Part shown: piece by piece, positions 49,289-62,183 of the stretch
Position numbering within the stretch: the first letter of the stretch is position 1
Layout of the letters: each line of letters starts with the position of its first letter
Source of the DNA: Amphiscolops sp. MND2022
Lineage: Eukaryota
Direction of reading: 5' to 3'
Assembly (NCBI GenBank): GCA_964187785.1
Contig: OZ076414.1
Coordinates: 71,920,001 to 71,984,000 of the forward strand
Length of the DNA: 64,000 bases
The notes under the pieces: model-generated
Database searches by the model: none
The model's input: the letters and a program-made list of their open reading frames with translations, nothing else
Told to the model about the DNA's origin: nothing
Position numbers and translations under genes: made by a program

Positions 49289-52200
49289 GTGTTGCAACAA
49301 ATGGTTTATATTCTAGGCAAGAACTACGCCAGGGCACGCATGCAAGAAGCTACAGCTTCCCGACCATTGGGGAAGGGAAAACAGGTACGGCCCCCAGCCC
49401 TCCTAGCGCAGACGAGTGCAACGGGACCAAATGGTGACTCCCGTTCATCTTCACCTTCACCCAAGGCGGCATCAGCCCGATCTTCAGCATACAGAGCAGT
49501 GCACGAAACAGCTAAGTCCCGCAAGGCGCTGTTAGATGCACAAATTGGTGTGAAGCAAGCTGCTTCCCAACTATCCGAGAGAAAAGCAAGGTGCGACGGA
49601 GAGCATCAAGCAATAGTGGAAGAAATTGAGGCTGGCCTAAGTGAACTACGATCTTTAACCAAACGACAGGAACAGGGGCAAGAGTATCAAACTGCGTGAA
49701 TGGACGCTATGGGCTATCGGATGGCGGAGATGAAAGCTATCTGATAGCGCAAAGAGAGCTTCGCATGGAGGCACAAATGCAAGAAGTGTGCACGCAGATT
49801 CAGGCGATGGGGACCATGCTCCAAAACGTCCAACCTAGACCAACGGGTAGCATTATCAAAGATCTATTGCAGGAGACTGAGATATCACTGCCAAAAGCCA
49901 CGAAGAATGTCACTCTCAAACCAATGGAAGCGTGATACCCGTAGCAAAACCTTCTGGTTCCAAGCAATCACTGACGAATTATCCGCCTCACCTACTCACG
50001 CTTCCACCCCACTCACCTAATGCAGAGGCCGTATCGACGAGCAAAACTATCTCGCCAGCAGCGTTACTTCACACGAAAGAACGTATTAGTGACATGATAA
50101 CATTTGAGACCTCAAGTATGGGTATCACCGGCTTAAGGGCGCCCACATGCACTACAGGCCCGAGAGACCGGACGTGCACCAGCAGGCTGACTGAAGTTAC
50201 GAGCACCTTCCAAACTGCGAATGCAACCTTGGAGGAAACAACCGCCGAATTTCACACTGCGGACGACGGGTTGCCCCCGGGCAACCCCTGCGCCAGCACT
50301 ACCAGACTTAAAGAAGCGACGATCCCGGAAAACTCTGACGATTCCATCAATTCCACACGGGACAGTAGCCACCAACCACCTGCCGCCAATGAAGAGAAAC
50401 ATATATCCCCGGAACAACTTAGAAACTTAGAACCACCGAGGCGATATCCAAGGCCATGTCAAAAAAACTTGCACAGTTGATTGCCAACAGAGACCAGACG
50501 AGGGTCCGACCTACGGTTTACAAGGGCACCAAGGAGAATGGCCAACTGCGATTCTGCTGTGACTTTCGACCACTCAACGAAGTAACCATCAAAGACGCTT
50601 ATCCACTGCCACGCATCGACGAAAGCCTTTCACGATTGGGTAAAGCAAAAACCTACCCTAGTATCGACTTGGCCTGGGCATTCTGGCAAACACCTGTCCG
50701 GAACGTCAATCGTCAGAAAACAGCCTTCGCCTGTGAACTTGGACTGTTCGAATGGCGTCGTATGCCTTTTTGTATGAGTAAAGCATCGGCAACAATTCAA
50801 CATGCCATTGCGCGAGCGCTACAAAGAATTGTGAATCGTGAAGGGAGCATGGTCATAGATTACATTGACGATATTGTGATTGCCACCGAAGCCCTTGAAG
50901 ACCATATGGACAAACTGCGTGAAGTATTCCAACGTCTACGTGTGGCGGGTTTCAAGATGAGAGTCTCCAATTGCGAGTTCATGAAATCTGAGATCTAATA
51001 CCTGGGTCGAGTGGTATCCGCAGATGGTATCAAGCCATATCCAAAAGCCGTTAGCAAACTGATAGATTGGGACATCCAGCGAACTAAAACAGAACTACAG
51101 AGTTTCCTGGGATTTGCCAATTACTATCGCGACTTTATCCCTTGGCATGCCAAACTCGTAGCCCTGCCACATGCCATCACCGGCACAGGCTTTCCATTTC
51201 TGTGGGGGGAGGAACAGCAAGAAGCTTTCAATAGCATTAAGGTGGCCCTGATGGTCCTAGACACTGATGCGAGTGATGTAGCTATCTCGGGTATTCTTCA
51301 CCAGTGGCAAGAACCACCTGAAAGTCGGAAGTTGCAACCAATTGTGTTTAGAAGTAAAAAACTCACTCCCACACACTCCAAGTACGGAGCCCCAAAACAG
51401 GAAATGTACGCTGCTTACTATTTCATCTTGAAGAACCACAGCTATTTTTGTCCGCGCAAGTTCACATTGAGAGTGCACAACCAGGCCTTTTCATGGTAAA
51501 AAAACGTTTTCAACGGACCAAACGATCATCGGCCGCTGGACAATGGCTCTCGAGAAGTATCACTTTAGCATCGAGAATCGGCCTAGAAGGCAGCATCGGA
51601 ATGCCGATGGTCTCAATAAGAGAACCAACGATTACAAGAAACACGAGAGACACCTGAAATGTTTACCTCCAATTGTCGAGAAGTGGAACTTCCGATCCCA
51701 ACACGACAACGACGAGCTCCCGTTGGTCCCATGGTTTGACGATCATGGACGAGTAATACCGGATCACCCCGATTTGCCTGTGCATCTTCAGAAGCTGACT
51801 AACCACCCCCACCTGCAACAACGGTAATTGCCCCACGCAAAAGAACAAGCAAGGCGCGATGATGCGTGACAAAGCGTGATGGCTCCCCTACCGACGCTAC
51901 CAACGCCAGAGTTATCAATGCTTGTCGACCGATATTCAGAATATCCCGCAAACTGGTTAGAGTTGACTGAACAACATCAACGAGATTGTCTACTACCCAC
52001 ACATGTTGCCAACGTACCATCAAGACCCACCTACCCATTGACTGGAGAGGAGAAGCAAGCAACTAGCACCGCGCTAGTACGTGTATGGCCTCCGTGGACA
52101 CCACGAACACGGCAACATCGTTCATGGTTTGAAGGACTTATTGCTAGCGCAAAAACAGCGTTTTGGCCATCAAGAAACTGGTAATGCAGGAGTCAATCGA

Positions 52201-54377
52201 CCATATCTTTCCCGAAATTGTGTGTGCGTTTGCTAAAAACTAATACAAGCAGAAGAAGAACCTTTTGTTGTTCAATACCAATGGAGTGCTGTGCGTCAAG
52301 TATCCCAAGAGCCAAAGAGCAATGCATGAACATCCATGCATGATCATGATACCGCAGCTGTACCAACACGAAATACTATTCAAAGCTCACGATGCAATGA
52401 GCCACCAAGGTATTGCGAAGGTTCTAGCGAGAATACAGGAGCGCCACACCTGGGTCTGGTATACGCCGAACCATTGGGCAGTATGTTAGCCAGTGTATAA
52501 CACGTCAACAAGTGCGCGAAAAGCCTGGTGACGTGCGATTCCACCTAAAGAGCATCCAAAGTGGCTATTTCAATGAGTTGGTACAATATGACCACTTGAA
52601 GGTTTGTCCTTTTCATGATTGAAACACTGGAATACTGGTTATCATTGACCATTTAACAAAATTTGCCGAAGCATTGCCATGCAGTCATGGTGAATACGAT
52701 GCAGTGACTACCTCTAAGCTGCTGTGCAATAATGGTTTGCTCGTTATGGTACGTCAACAAGAATGCAATCCGACAATGCGCCCAACCTCACCGCAGAAGT
52801 ATCTACTGAACTTATGAAGCCGTGACAAGTAACCAAAGTGACCTCCACCGCTGGCCATCCCAGAACCCAAGGGCTAGTTGCACGCCAAAGCCGGACACTG
52901 CTGATTCTACTGCGTGTGTTTTGCTCTCGACGAATGCGAGACTGGGATCAGTATTTGGACAAAGTAATGGGTGCGTATAACTCTACGCGCCATGCCACTA
53001 CTGGATTTTCTCCGTATATGCTGACTACAGGCATGGAGAAACCGATACCACTCAATTTTTTGTATCCGGAATTCGCCACGCAGTCATTCGAGTCACATGA
53101 GGCATTTGTGGATCATTTCTTAGCCCGACAAAAAGAAATTCATGATTTGGTTCGACGCAACGCACACCAAGCCCAACAACGACAGAAGCTCAAGTACGAT
53201 TGGGTTATTCACGCCCAAGCATACGAGGTCGACGAACCAGTATGGATATTCTGTCAATACATCCCGATGAAAAGTTCTCCCAAGTTGATGAGAGCATGGC
53301 GTGGTCCCCACTAAGTAGCACGACTGCTACTTGAAGGACGCGTTTACATACTCGATGCGGGCCTGAAGGTGCACTTTGAACGACTGAAACCGCACCATGG
53401 TGGACCAACAGAATGGGCTGCTGTCATCATGGATCCCGACCCAGAGCAGTCTCAAGAAGAGGTGCCAGACGACGCTTTGCGGCCCTCCTACCGTGAAAAA
53501 GAACCAATATCAGAAGCGAGGAACGCCTCTTTACCTTCCCGACAACAACATTGGATGGACACTAGACTACGCACGCGTATGCGTGCTGGCGGTAGTCGCC
53601 TTCACTACCAACAATTCGACTATTCGTCAACTGATTCTGGTGACGAACGATCCGATGTACTCATATCAAGTGCTCAGGCCAACCCCAACGAGAATGATAT
53701 CCTAACACTGCCAAAGAGTGAACCCGCCCCTATTCTCGAAATCCCAACCTCACCGCTACCACCTATGGAGGCTCTGTTTTCGGAAAATGAGGCGGCGCCA
53801 GACGCAAAGGCTGACACGCCGGATCACCCTGCCCGTGCATTGATCGACAGTGCAGGCACTTCATTGGCCGGCACGTCTGCTCCATTACTGACGAATCCCT
53901 CGCTCACAGACATGTTGAGTAACTTTCCCATTTGGCCGCAGATAGACGGTCACTACACTCCAGAAACGAGAAACAGCGATGCGGAATTGCCTATATCTGA
54001 CGATGAGAAAGAGCCTCTCCCTGTTACGACGATTCCTACTACTGCTACCACAGCCGTAGCCAAGCCCACCCATGCTCAAGAAAGGCAACCGAACCGAAGA
54101 CCGCGAGGACGTCCCCCCGGAAGAGCAAAGCCACGTGCATCAAAATTACGTGACCGTCCTAAAGAGGTGAACTTAAAGGCAAGAGAGGGCGTCCCAGAGG
54201 CAGACCACTTCGGGCAATATATATTGGCCCCGAAACCTGCACTAGTCCCCACCGCACCCCTTCCGTGGACACCGACTCGCCTGCTCCCAGTGCCGCAGGA
54301 ACCTCAGATCAAGCGCCACTTCTAGAATCAACCAATGCACGCTATGGTCTGCGACGCGATCGAGTTCCCAGATATCG
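49289..54377 (+). mobile_element. Element D: decayed Ty3/Gypsy of a GC-richer family (gag-like N-terminus, RT, RH, IN, long C-terminal extension); capsid and protease deleted
   Basis: LRFCCDFRPLN..KDAYPLPRIDE, SIDLAWAFWQ, KTAF..GLFEWRRMPF, YIDDIVI; LDTDASDVAISGILHQ; HQGIAKV; YDHLKV..IDHLTKFAEA..SDNAPN..HPRTQGLV; KLMRAWRGPH; no LTR recognised. Confidence 0.85.
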
Positions 54378-55763
54378 TTGCTAATTGAGGATTCTTAACT
54401 GACATAGCTAAGATTGTTAACAATTGTGTTCTTTCTAATTCACATACTAGGTGAAGAGTGTTTAATTCTTGTACTGTCATTGATTTAAAAACTTGATTTA
54501 TTGTGAAGTCGTTTTTTGTGTTGATATGAGCATTATAGTCCAGAGTGGCGAAGTTGTTTGATACATTTAGTGCAGGAAATAAATACTTCTTATTAGAAGT
54601 ATCAAATTGAATCTTTCCACTAATTTTTTGATCTATTATTGAGTGTGGTTTCGGTTGTCCATTTTTCATATCAAAACCATCTAAGTATGTAACAAAGATG
54701 TCGTCGTATTGTGTTGAATATAATGTTTCTGGTTTTCCACAAAAGGTTTGTGCAATTGGGTATATCTCAAATCGAGAAAGCCTTGGATTTTCTACAGTTG
54801 ATTGTGGTGTTTTGACATTGGGATAATTTGTTCCTTGTATTCCTTTGGTTTGAAGGTTTTGTGTAATGTTTGAGGATTTGATAAAGTTATCAGTTTCTAT
54901 CCAATATCGGTCTTTAATCCTTGTCATTCTTCCAATGAATTCTCGTAATCGAAATATGAGGCAAAGTTTTCATTGTCCACTTGAATGAGAACATGGTAGT
55001 ATGTTTCCAACGTGAATCATTTGGTTGTTTTTATCATCATATGTTATTTCAGCATTAGTTATTCTGAGTTTCCATTTTTTTGGGTGATTAAATGTTATCT
55101 GTCGCTTCTACATCTTGAATAACTATTTTGTGTGAAGTTAACTATCCAGTCTTGGTAATGTTTATCATATACGAATGTTCCGATATGCCAAGCGTGTAAT
55201 TTTTCTCCTCTAAATGGTTGTTGAACTTGTTCAATTTTTTTTGGTAATCACTGTTATCAAAAAATGAGAAGGAACTTTGTTTATTGTAACTATTTAGTTC
55301 GTTACTATCGGTTGCGTTTGAATAATTTATCATATTTTTGCATTCAACGGCATCGAGTATATTTGGAAGTTCTAATGTATTTTGTCCCCAGTGTAAACGA
55401 TCATATCGTCTACTAGATGTAAAGGTTTGGGAACACCAAACTATTTCGGTTTTTGTATATGCTTCACAATTAAAGGCTTGATACTTTTTGATTTTGCTCT
55501 AAAATATACTGTTGCTTGGGTTTTTGTGTGTTGTATATCTGAGGGTGCTTGTTTACATGGTTCAACATTTAGTAAGCTAAACTGTCTTAAGTTGTTTTGT
55601 TTTGCACAATCTTAATGGGATACCATAAAGTTCAAGATATTTGGGTCTTGTTCTGAAATATGTTTCTCTGGATTTGTTGTATCAGCTTTAGGGACTGAAC
55701 TGATGTAGAGTTAACTATGTGTATTATATATGCAATATATGTACTGAGAAGTATGTTTATCAT
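54378..55763 (-). pseudogene. env: env N-terminal two-thirds: chuvirus/gB-like class III fusion glycoprotein (frameshifted)
   Basis: Signal-like MINILLSTYIAYIIHIVNS; LYG.DCAKQNNLRQFSLLNVEPC; FNCEAYTKTEIVWC; LDAVECKNM; FCGKPETLYSTQYDDIFV; LDYNAHINTK; CELERTQLLTILAM. Confidence 0.8.
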
Positions 55764-57250
55764 GGTAAAAATGTAGTTCTATAATTAAGTACTGAGAAGG
55801 GATTTAAGAAGTTTATATGACCTGTTCTAATTTCTGGTAATTCTGCGTCACAAAGACAAGATATTGATGTGACTAAAAATGGTGAGGGAGATGTTTTATG
55901 TGCTACTTTTGTTGAAAGCGAAAATGGGTGAGGTTTTAAGGAGTTGAATGTAACTTCAACTTCGAATTCTAATACTAATTGATCTTCTTGTAATCTTCGT
56001 AGTTCTTTTTGTTTTCTTGGGTTTGCAAGAAAACTATTGTTCAAAAATCTAGCAGGGAGTACAGTGTATCGAGGATCTTCGTTAAGACTACGAATATTAT
56101 TGGAGTTAACACGAATAGGATATTCGTGTGGGTTTGGTGTAGGAGGATTCGAATATTCTTCTAGAAAATATTCGGGTAATTGTTTGGATGAATCAGATAG
56201 TATTGAACTAGGTGTATGATCTCGTGAGAAGTTTGCGGCACTATCTGATATAGTTTGAGGGTCTTCTGATAGAAGAGATGCTGATTCAAATCCTGATGTG
56301 ACTTGAAATGGTAATGATAAAGATGGTATTGTGGGGTGAGAGGAGGAAAGAGAAGGAGTTTCTGATCTGGGTTGTGCGTGTTGTCTAAGTCTTGAGTTTG
56401 TACTAGAACTAGTTAAAGATTGTATTTCTTCGTGATTGGGATCTGAGGTTATAACTATGTCGTGGTACTCTGGTGCTAGCAGTCGAATCAGAGTCTTTGT
56501 TTTTGTAATATAGGTCTGTTAAAGAAGAAGCAGTGGTTGATTGTAGGCGTTCTAGTTTTGGGTATAATTGAGAAAATGTAAATGATTTTAGTTCAGCTGG
56601 TGAACTAGCTATATGTTCTGGTATAGTTTTTATTGTGGTTTGACTTGTTGATGGTGAAGCAGAGTTCTTTGGTAATGTTGGTATAGAAGTTTTTCTAATT
56701 GTTTTTGTTGCAGTTGGTATCCTATGTGGACAAGAATTAATGTATTGAAGAACTGGGCTAGGATCAGGGATATGAAGAGTACGAGTAATCGGTGGAAGAG
56801 GGGGTCTGTTTAGGATACTTGAAGTATCTTGTACAGTGTTATGGGTTGCGAGTGATTCATCACAAGAGTCACTTGTTGGTGAACTTGTTTCTAAAAATAG
56901 CATGTTTTGTGGAGTGTATTGTGGTTGATTTATTATGATTTTTTGTGGTTGAGTTGTTATTACTGATGTTTGAGTTTGAAGTATTGGTGTATTATTAGGC
57001 GTCACTGTTGCTCTATCAGGAGAATATGGAGCAGATGGGCTATGATTTGAGGATCAGGAATCCAGTATGTCTGTATCTGAATTTAGGTATGCGGTATATT
57101 CAGGTAGTGTTTGGAATGAATGTGTTGAACTAGATGATGAATTGTTTCTGGCTGATGAAGGTGAGAGTCTATGTCTATCAATCTTGAAGTATTTTCATTT
57201 TGGTACTGTATATTTCAGTCTTTGTTTCAATTACAATTTCTTTTACCATC
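55760..57250 (-). pseudogene. Accessory ORF between pol and env (~480 aa reconstructed; S/T/P-rich N-part, ~100-aa ordered C-terminal domain)
   Basis: ORF pieces 56409-57005 and 55760-56044 are linked by an open S/P-rich frame; its TGA overlaps the env ATG (ATGA at 55763-55760). Confidence 0.55.
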
Positions 57251-57309
57251 TCTTTTTAATGTTTCTTTTTTCAGGTTACTATCTATTACTATTTATCTCA
57301 AACTTTCTC

Positions 57310-58900
57310 TCAGCAGGATTTCTGAGAAAATGAAATTATATCCTTTTCACCGAGGAAAAGTCGATAGTCTTTTCGTGGTTGTGGGCGGAAATAGTATCTG
57401 TCATAGGTGTGTCTACGGGGATTAATGTAGTTATCGTAGTCATGAATATCCGATTGGTTTTCTGAGTTGGTATTATTGGTTTTTTGTTTATTTTGTTGGC
57501 ACGGAAATGGGGAAAATTGGTTAAATGAATCTGGTTGAAAGTCAATTGTGGATGGTATATCCGTTTCTTTATTGGAATTTGTGAATGTGTGGTCTCCGTC
57601 TTCAACTGATTGTTCTTCATCGGAAAAAGAATCAAAAGGCTTTATTGGGTCTTTCACATTCGAGTCCATATTATCATTATCATCATCATTTGAATGTGGA
57701 TTATATTGTTATAAAATGAAAGTAAAAATGATTGGTTCTTTTGGGCATCTAAATGCTTTCTATGAATATGAGATGTATAACCATCTTGATTAACATTTTC
57801 ATATGTAATTTCAGAAATTTTATTTTTGGTTTTAAATGGTCCAATTCTGAGAGGTTTTAATTTATCCAAAAATGAACATGGAGAAATTTTTTTTAGTACA
57901 AAAGTACCAATGTCTAAGGGTCTTGGATTGTTGTATGTTTTATTGAAATAAGCAAATGAATTATTTTTTCGTTTAGTGTTTTCATAGACTGTGTGATAGA
58001 TTTGTATCAATGCAGTTTCAGTAGCCAAAACCCATTGTGGAATTGGTTTCGATAAGATCTTATGGAAGAAAGGGTTCAAGTTTGATTTGTCATAATGTGT
58101 ATGAAGTGGTAAATCCTGACAGTATTGAGAGGTACAGTTTCTCTAAGTATCTCTTTGAAGATTGAGTTCAAAGTTGATTGGGTTTCTTGGTATGGTATGA
58201 AAGACTATTTCGTACGGTGAAAGATCTAATTCAGAAAGTGGTTGTGAATTATGTGCATAAGCGTACATATGGACTTGGGTAGACCAGTTTTCTGGTGTGT
58301 TATGTAGAAAAAGTCTGAGATGGGTCCCAAAATTTTGCAAGGTCCAAATGGTCCAAATGTTTGCAAGTTCAGAATTATTGTATTCTGAACCACGATCTGT
58401 AACTAAATATATGGGAGGTCCAAATTTGGTAATCCAATGATGTAATAGGGAAATGACAGCGTTTTGAGCATTGTTTCGTTTAACAGGTACTGTTACTACA
58501 AAGTGACTAAAAGCGTCTACTATCACATGAATGTATGAGTTTTGTTTTAATAGTGGATTTATAGGTCCTTTTGTATCCATTGATATTCTGTATTCAAAAT
58601 AAGAAGCATTTTCTGAAAATGTTTGTATCGTTGCGGTTTGAATTTTTTGATTAATGTGTTTGTTTTGTTGACATTCAATACAATCGTGAAGGAATATCGA
58701 CATCCATTTATTTAAATATGGTATAAAACAAAATTGAATAAATTTTTTAATGGATATTTTAATTCCTGAAAGTCCATGTGCATGAAATTTATTGAAAGCT
58801 GCATGAAAGAGTTTAAGTGGTAAACATATTTTCGATTTGGGTTTGAATCATGAAGGTTAGGATAATCTGTATGAATGATCTTTGTATCGTGGTTAATGTA
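57310..58900 (-). pseudogene. pol: Integrase with GPF motif and acidic C-terminal tail (element C)
   Basis: CIECQQNK; ISMDTKGP; VIVDAFSHF; VTDRGSEY; KLKPLRIGPF. Confidence 0.9.
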
Positions 58901-59446
58901 CAGTTGATTGACGAGTTTGTAGTAAACTGATAGGAAGGAATTACTTGCTATTGCTAGATCTATTTGTAAAGATCTTTCATTAGTCTTTAACCAATGATAA
59001 ACTTTTTGTAAGACAGGGTCTTGTTTTTGTTGAGATTTTATAGTTTCAATTGTTATTTGAGTATCTTCTGGTATGAAAATATTTTTGTAATTGACAAAAG
59101 ATGGATCAAAAAATGGAACTTGTTGATAACAGTAATCAGACTTAGAGGGGTACTGTATTGCTAGTGTTTGTTCTTTCAATGTGTTAGTGTTTTGATTCGT
59201 CTTATTTTGTGATTGATTTGGTTCACCTTCATCACTAAGAATATCAGTGTCATTGAGGATAGTTGATTGTTGTAAAAATGATTTTGCTTGATTCATTGTA
59301 GGTCTCTTGTATTTGGATTCAAATGGAACAATGGATTGAAAAGAAAATGAATCTAAGGGTTTTATATGAATGTCTTCTCCTTTGTTGTTTATACGGATGT
59401 AAAATTGGTCTCCGCCATAGTCAGCGAGAATTGGATGGCAACTTTT

Positions 59447-60007
59447 TTAAAATTTATTTTTGATTTCTTCATGTTTTACTGAATAGTGTACGGGTTTGAG
59501 TTGGTTATCTTTCACGATAGAGAAATCGATTTGGGGTGGCAATTGTCTGTGTCGCAATTGATGTGTTTGAAGTTGTTTTTTCGTGAAAGTTCTTGAAAGC
59601 ATGTCTGCTACAGTAAGGTTTTTTCCAGGAGTATGATTAATTTTTAGTTTGGAAACTTTTGTTAGTTGCATTTGTGCTCTATAAAATGTTGGACTAAGGT
59701 TTCCCTTTTTTGCAAAACAGTGTTGTAAAGGTTTGTGATCAGTGAAGATGCATATTGGATGAGGGGATCCAATAATGAGAAATTCATAAATTTGTAATGC
59801 ATAAACTATTGCGAGGAGTTCTCTGTCTAATGTTGAAAGTTTTTGTTCTTGTGTATTAAGGTTTCGTGAATTGTAAGAAATAACTCTCATGTCATTTTCT
59901 TCATTCATTTGGAATAGGACTGCGCCTAAACCAACTAAGGAAGCGTCAACTGTTATGAAAAATGGATGTTTTGTATTGGGTATAGTTAATTCAGTTTCTG
60001 CTGTCAT
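59447..60007 (-). pseudogene. pol: RNase H (element C)
   Basis: TVDASLVGLGAVLFQ..ISYNSR..DRELLAIVYAL..FTDHKPL..ADMLSR. Confidence 0.9.
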
Positions 60008-60259
60008 TGCATTTCTAACGTCTCGAAATATTTTTTCTAACTCGGGTGTCCATTAAAATTTAACATCATCATGTAATAAGGTATATGGTGGTTTGAGATT
60101 TATTTGCAGTTTTTCAACGAAATTTGAATGGAGGTTTACACTGCCTAAAAGTTGCATAACATCTTTCTTTTTTTGGTGATGAGATTCTTTTGATGGCTTC
60201 GATTTATGATGGGATTGGTTTAATTGTGTTGTTTCCTATTCCAACGAATTTAACTTTTA

Positions 60260-61530
60260 TTAACATGTAAAAGGATTTTCAGGTGCAAGTTTGAGATTTT
60301 CTTTTGTTGCTATTTTTTGGAGTTCTTTGACAAGTTCAAACATTTCTTGTTTTTCGTCTGCTAATAGTAGTATATCATCAATATATACTAACGCAGAACG
60401 TTTGTCTAAAAGTGATCGAAAGAAAACTGACATTTGTTTTGTGAAAAATTTTGGGAGTCTTTTTAATCCATATAATCCACGGATAAAGGTATACAACTCA
60501 TCTCCGGATGAAAATCCTGTAAGTTTGATTGCTTCTTCGTCTAATTGTGTATGAGCGTATGCATACAATAAATCAATAGTTGATTTGTATTTTTTGTTAG
60601 CTCTATCTAATTGAGGGGCTAAAGGTTCAATGGGCCAAGATTCAAGTTCTTGATTAGTGTTTGAGTTTAAATGTCTAGCGTCTAGAACAACTTTCATTGC
60701 GTCTCCTTTGAGATAATGACTAAAGGGTTTGGAAATGTTGTTCCAATAGTGTGTTTTTCATCTGGCGTGGAGCCAATTCGTTTCATTATATTATATTTTT
60801 CAAGTTCTACTAAGAGTTTATTCAATCTATCTCTGTAATGAATTGGTACTTTAGAGGGTCTTTGTGTTTGAAGTTTACAATTTTCTTTAATTTCAATTCT
60901 GATTGGAGTAGAAACTTTTCCTACGTCATTTCGGTGTTTAGCATAACAATTTTGGTTGTTAATAAGGATATTGCAGAGGTTTACATTTTCAGTATCAGTC
61001 AGATCTGAATATTCAAAGTTTAACTTTTTCTTGAATTGCTGAATTTCTGCAGTATATAGTAGTGAAGGAAAATCTTTCCTAATTTTATCTGAGGGTCTAA
61101 GATTTCCGGTGACAGAAGGTATGGGTAATTGAAGTGTTTTATCATTTACTTCTATTTTGTTGATTTCTAATAAGGATTGTGGGATTACTCGAGTACATAA
61201 ATTCATATCTGTGTAGTCATTTTGTTTAATTGGAATGGTAGTATCAGGATGATAGGCATGTATTACTGAATGAATAAGCGAGTTAACATCATGAACTCTA
61301 TAATGCGGAGCTGTTGTTTGAGTAAGAGGAATCTCTATATATCCAATAATTCCTCGTGGTAGTGTAGCTGGATGAGATGTAAAATTTTGAATTACTGGTG
61401 AGCAGGAGTCTTTGCTTTTGTCGTTGACTATCATGTCTAAAAAGTGGAAAACATCTTGAAATTTTTGTAGGAAGTATGTATATGGAATTGATGGATAAAA
61501 TTTAGTATTATCTTCCAGTTCAAAGTGCAT
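60260..61530 (-). pseudogene. pol: Reverse transcriptase (element C)
   Basis: QRPSKVPIHY; VVLDARHLN; STIDLLYAY; GLYGLKRLP; LVYIDDILL. Confidence 0.9.
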
Positions 61531-61726
61531 GTTTAGATAATTTTTAATAGGGAAGTGTATAGTCTTTCTTGATCTTGGTTTGAAGTGAATTGGTTCTTTA
61601 CATTTAATAGTATAAGTGTATGAAATATATGGGTAGTCCTTTTTTGTAAATGTCGAAAAATGTGTTTTGTAGGGAGTTTTGTATGTTGTTTTCTATAAGG
61701 TGTAGTATTTTGTTGAAAGTCAATCT

Positions 61727-62030
61727 TTAAATATTTTTATTTTTCTTGAAGAAAGGTGCTCCAAGAATGTTGTATTTATTATTTGCTACTGCAAATTCGA
61801 TATTGAAAGATCGATTTTGATGATTTACTTCATTAAAACAAGTCATTGAAACGTAATGTATTATTGGTACTTCAGTTTGATTGGCAACTGTAAGAGTTTT
61901 TGCTCTTTTGTTTTCAATATTTTTTGGAACATTGAGATTTAACTGTTTTGCAATCACATGAAATGTCGGTAAGTTCAAAACTGATATAGAAGCTCCAGTA
62001 TCTAAGAGGAATATGATTTTTAATTTGAAA
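61727..62030 (-). pseudogene. pol: Aspartic protease (element C)
   Basis: IFLLDTGASISVLN (DTG at 61994-62002) and NILGAPF. Confidence 0.85.
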
Positions 62031-62183
62031 GTAATATAATGTCTTTTCCTTCAGAAGCATGTATAAATAGTGGACAAAACCAACTATAAGGAGTAATTGT
62101 ATTTGCAATTTCAGTTATTTGGCATGTATGAATTTCAAAGTTAGTACTATCTTTGTCGTTGGTAGATTTAACATCTATTTGAT

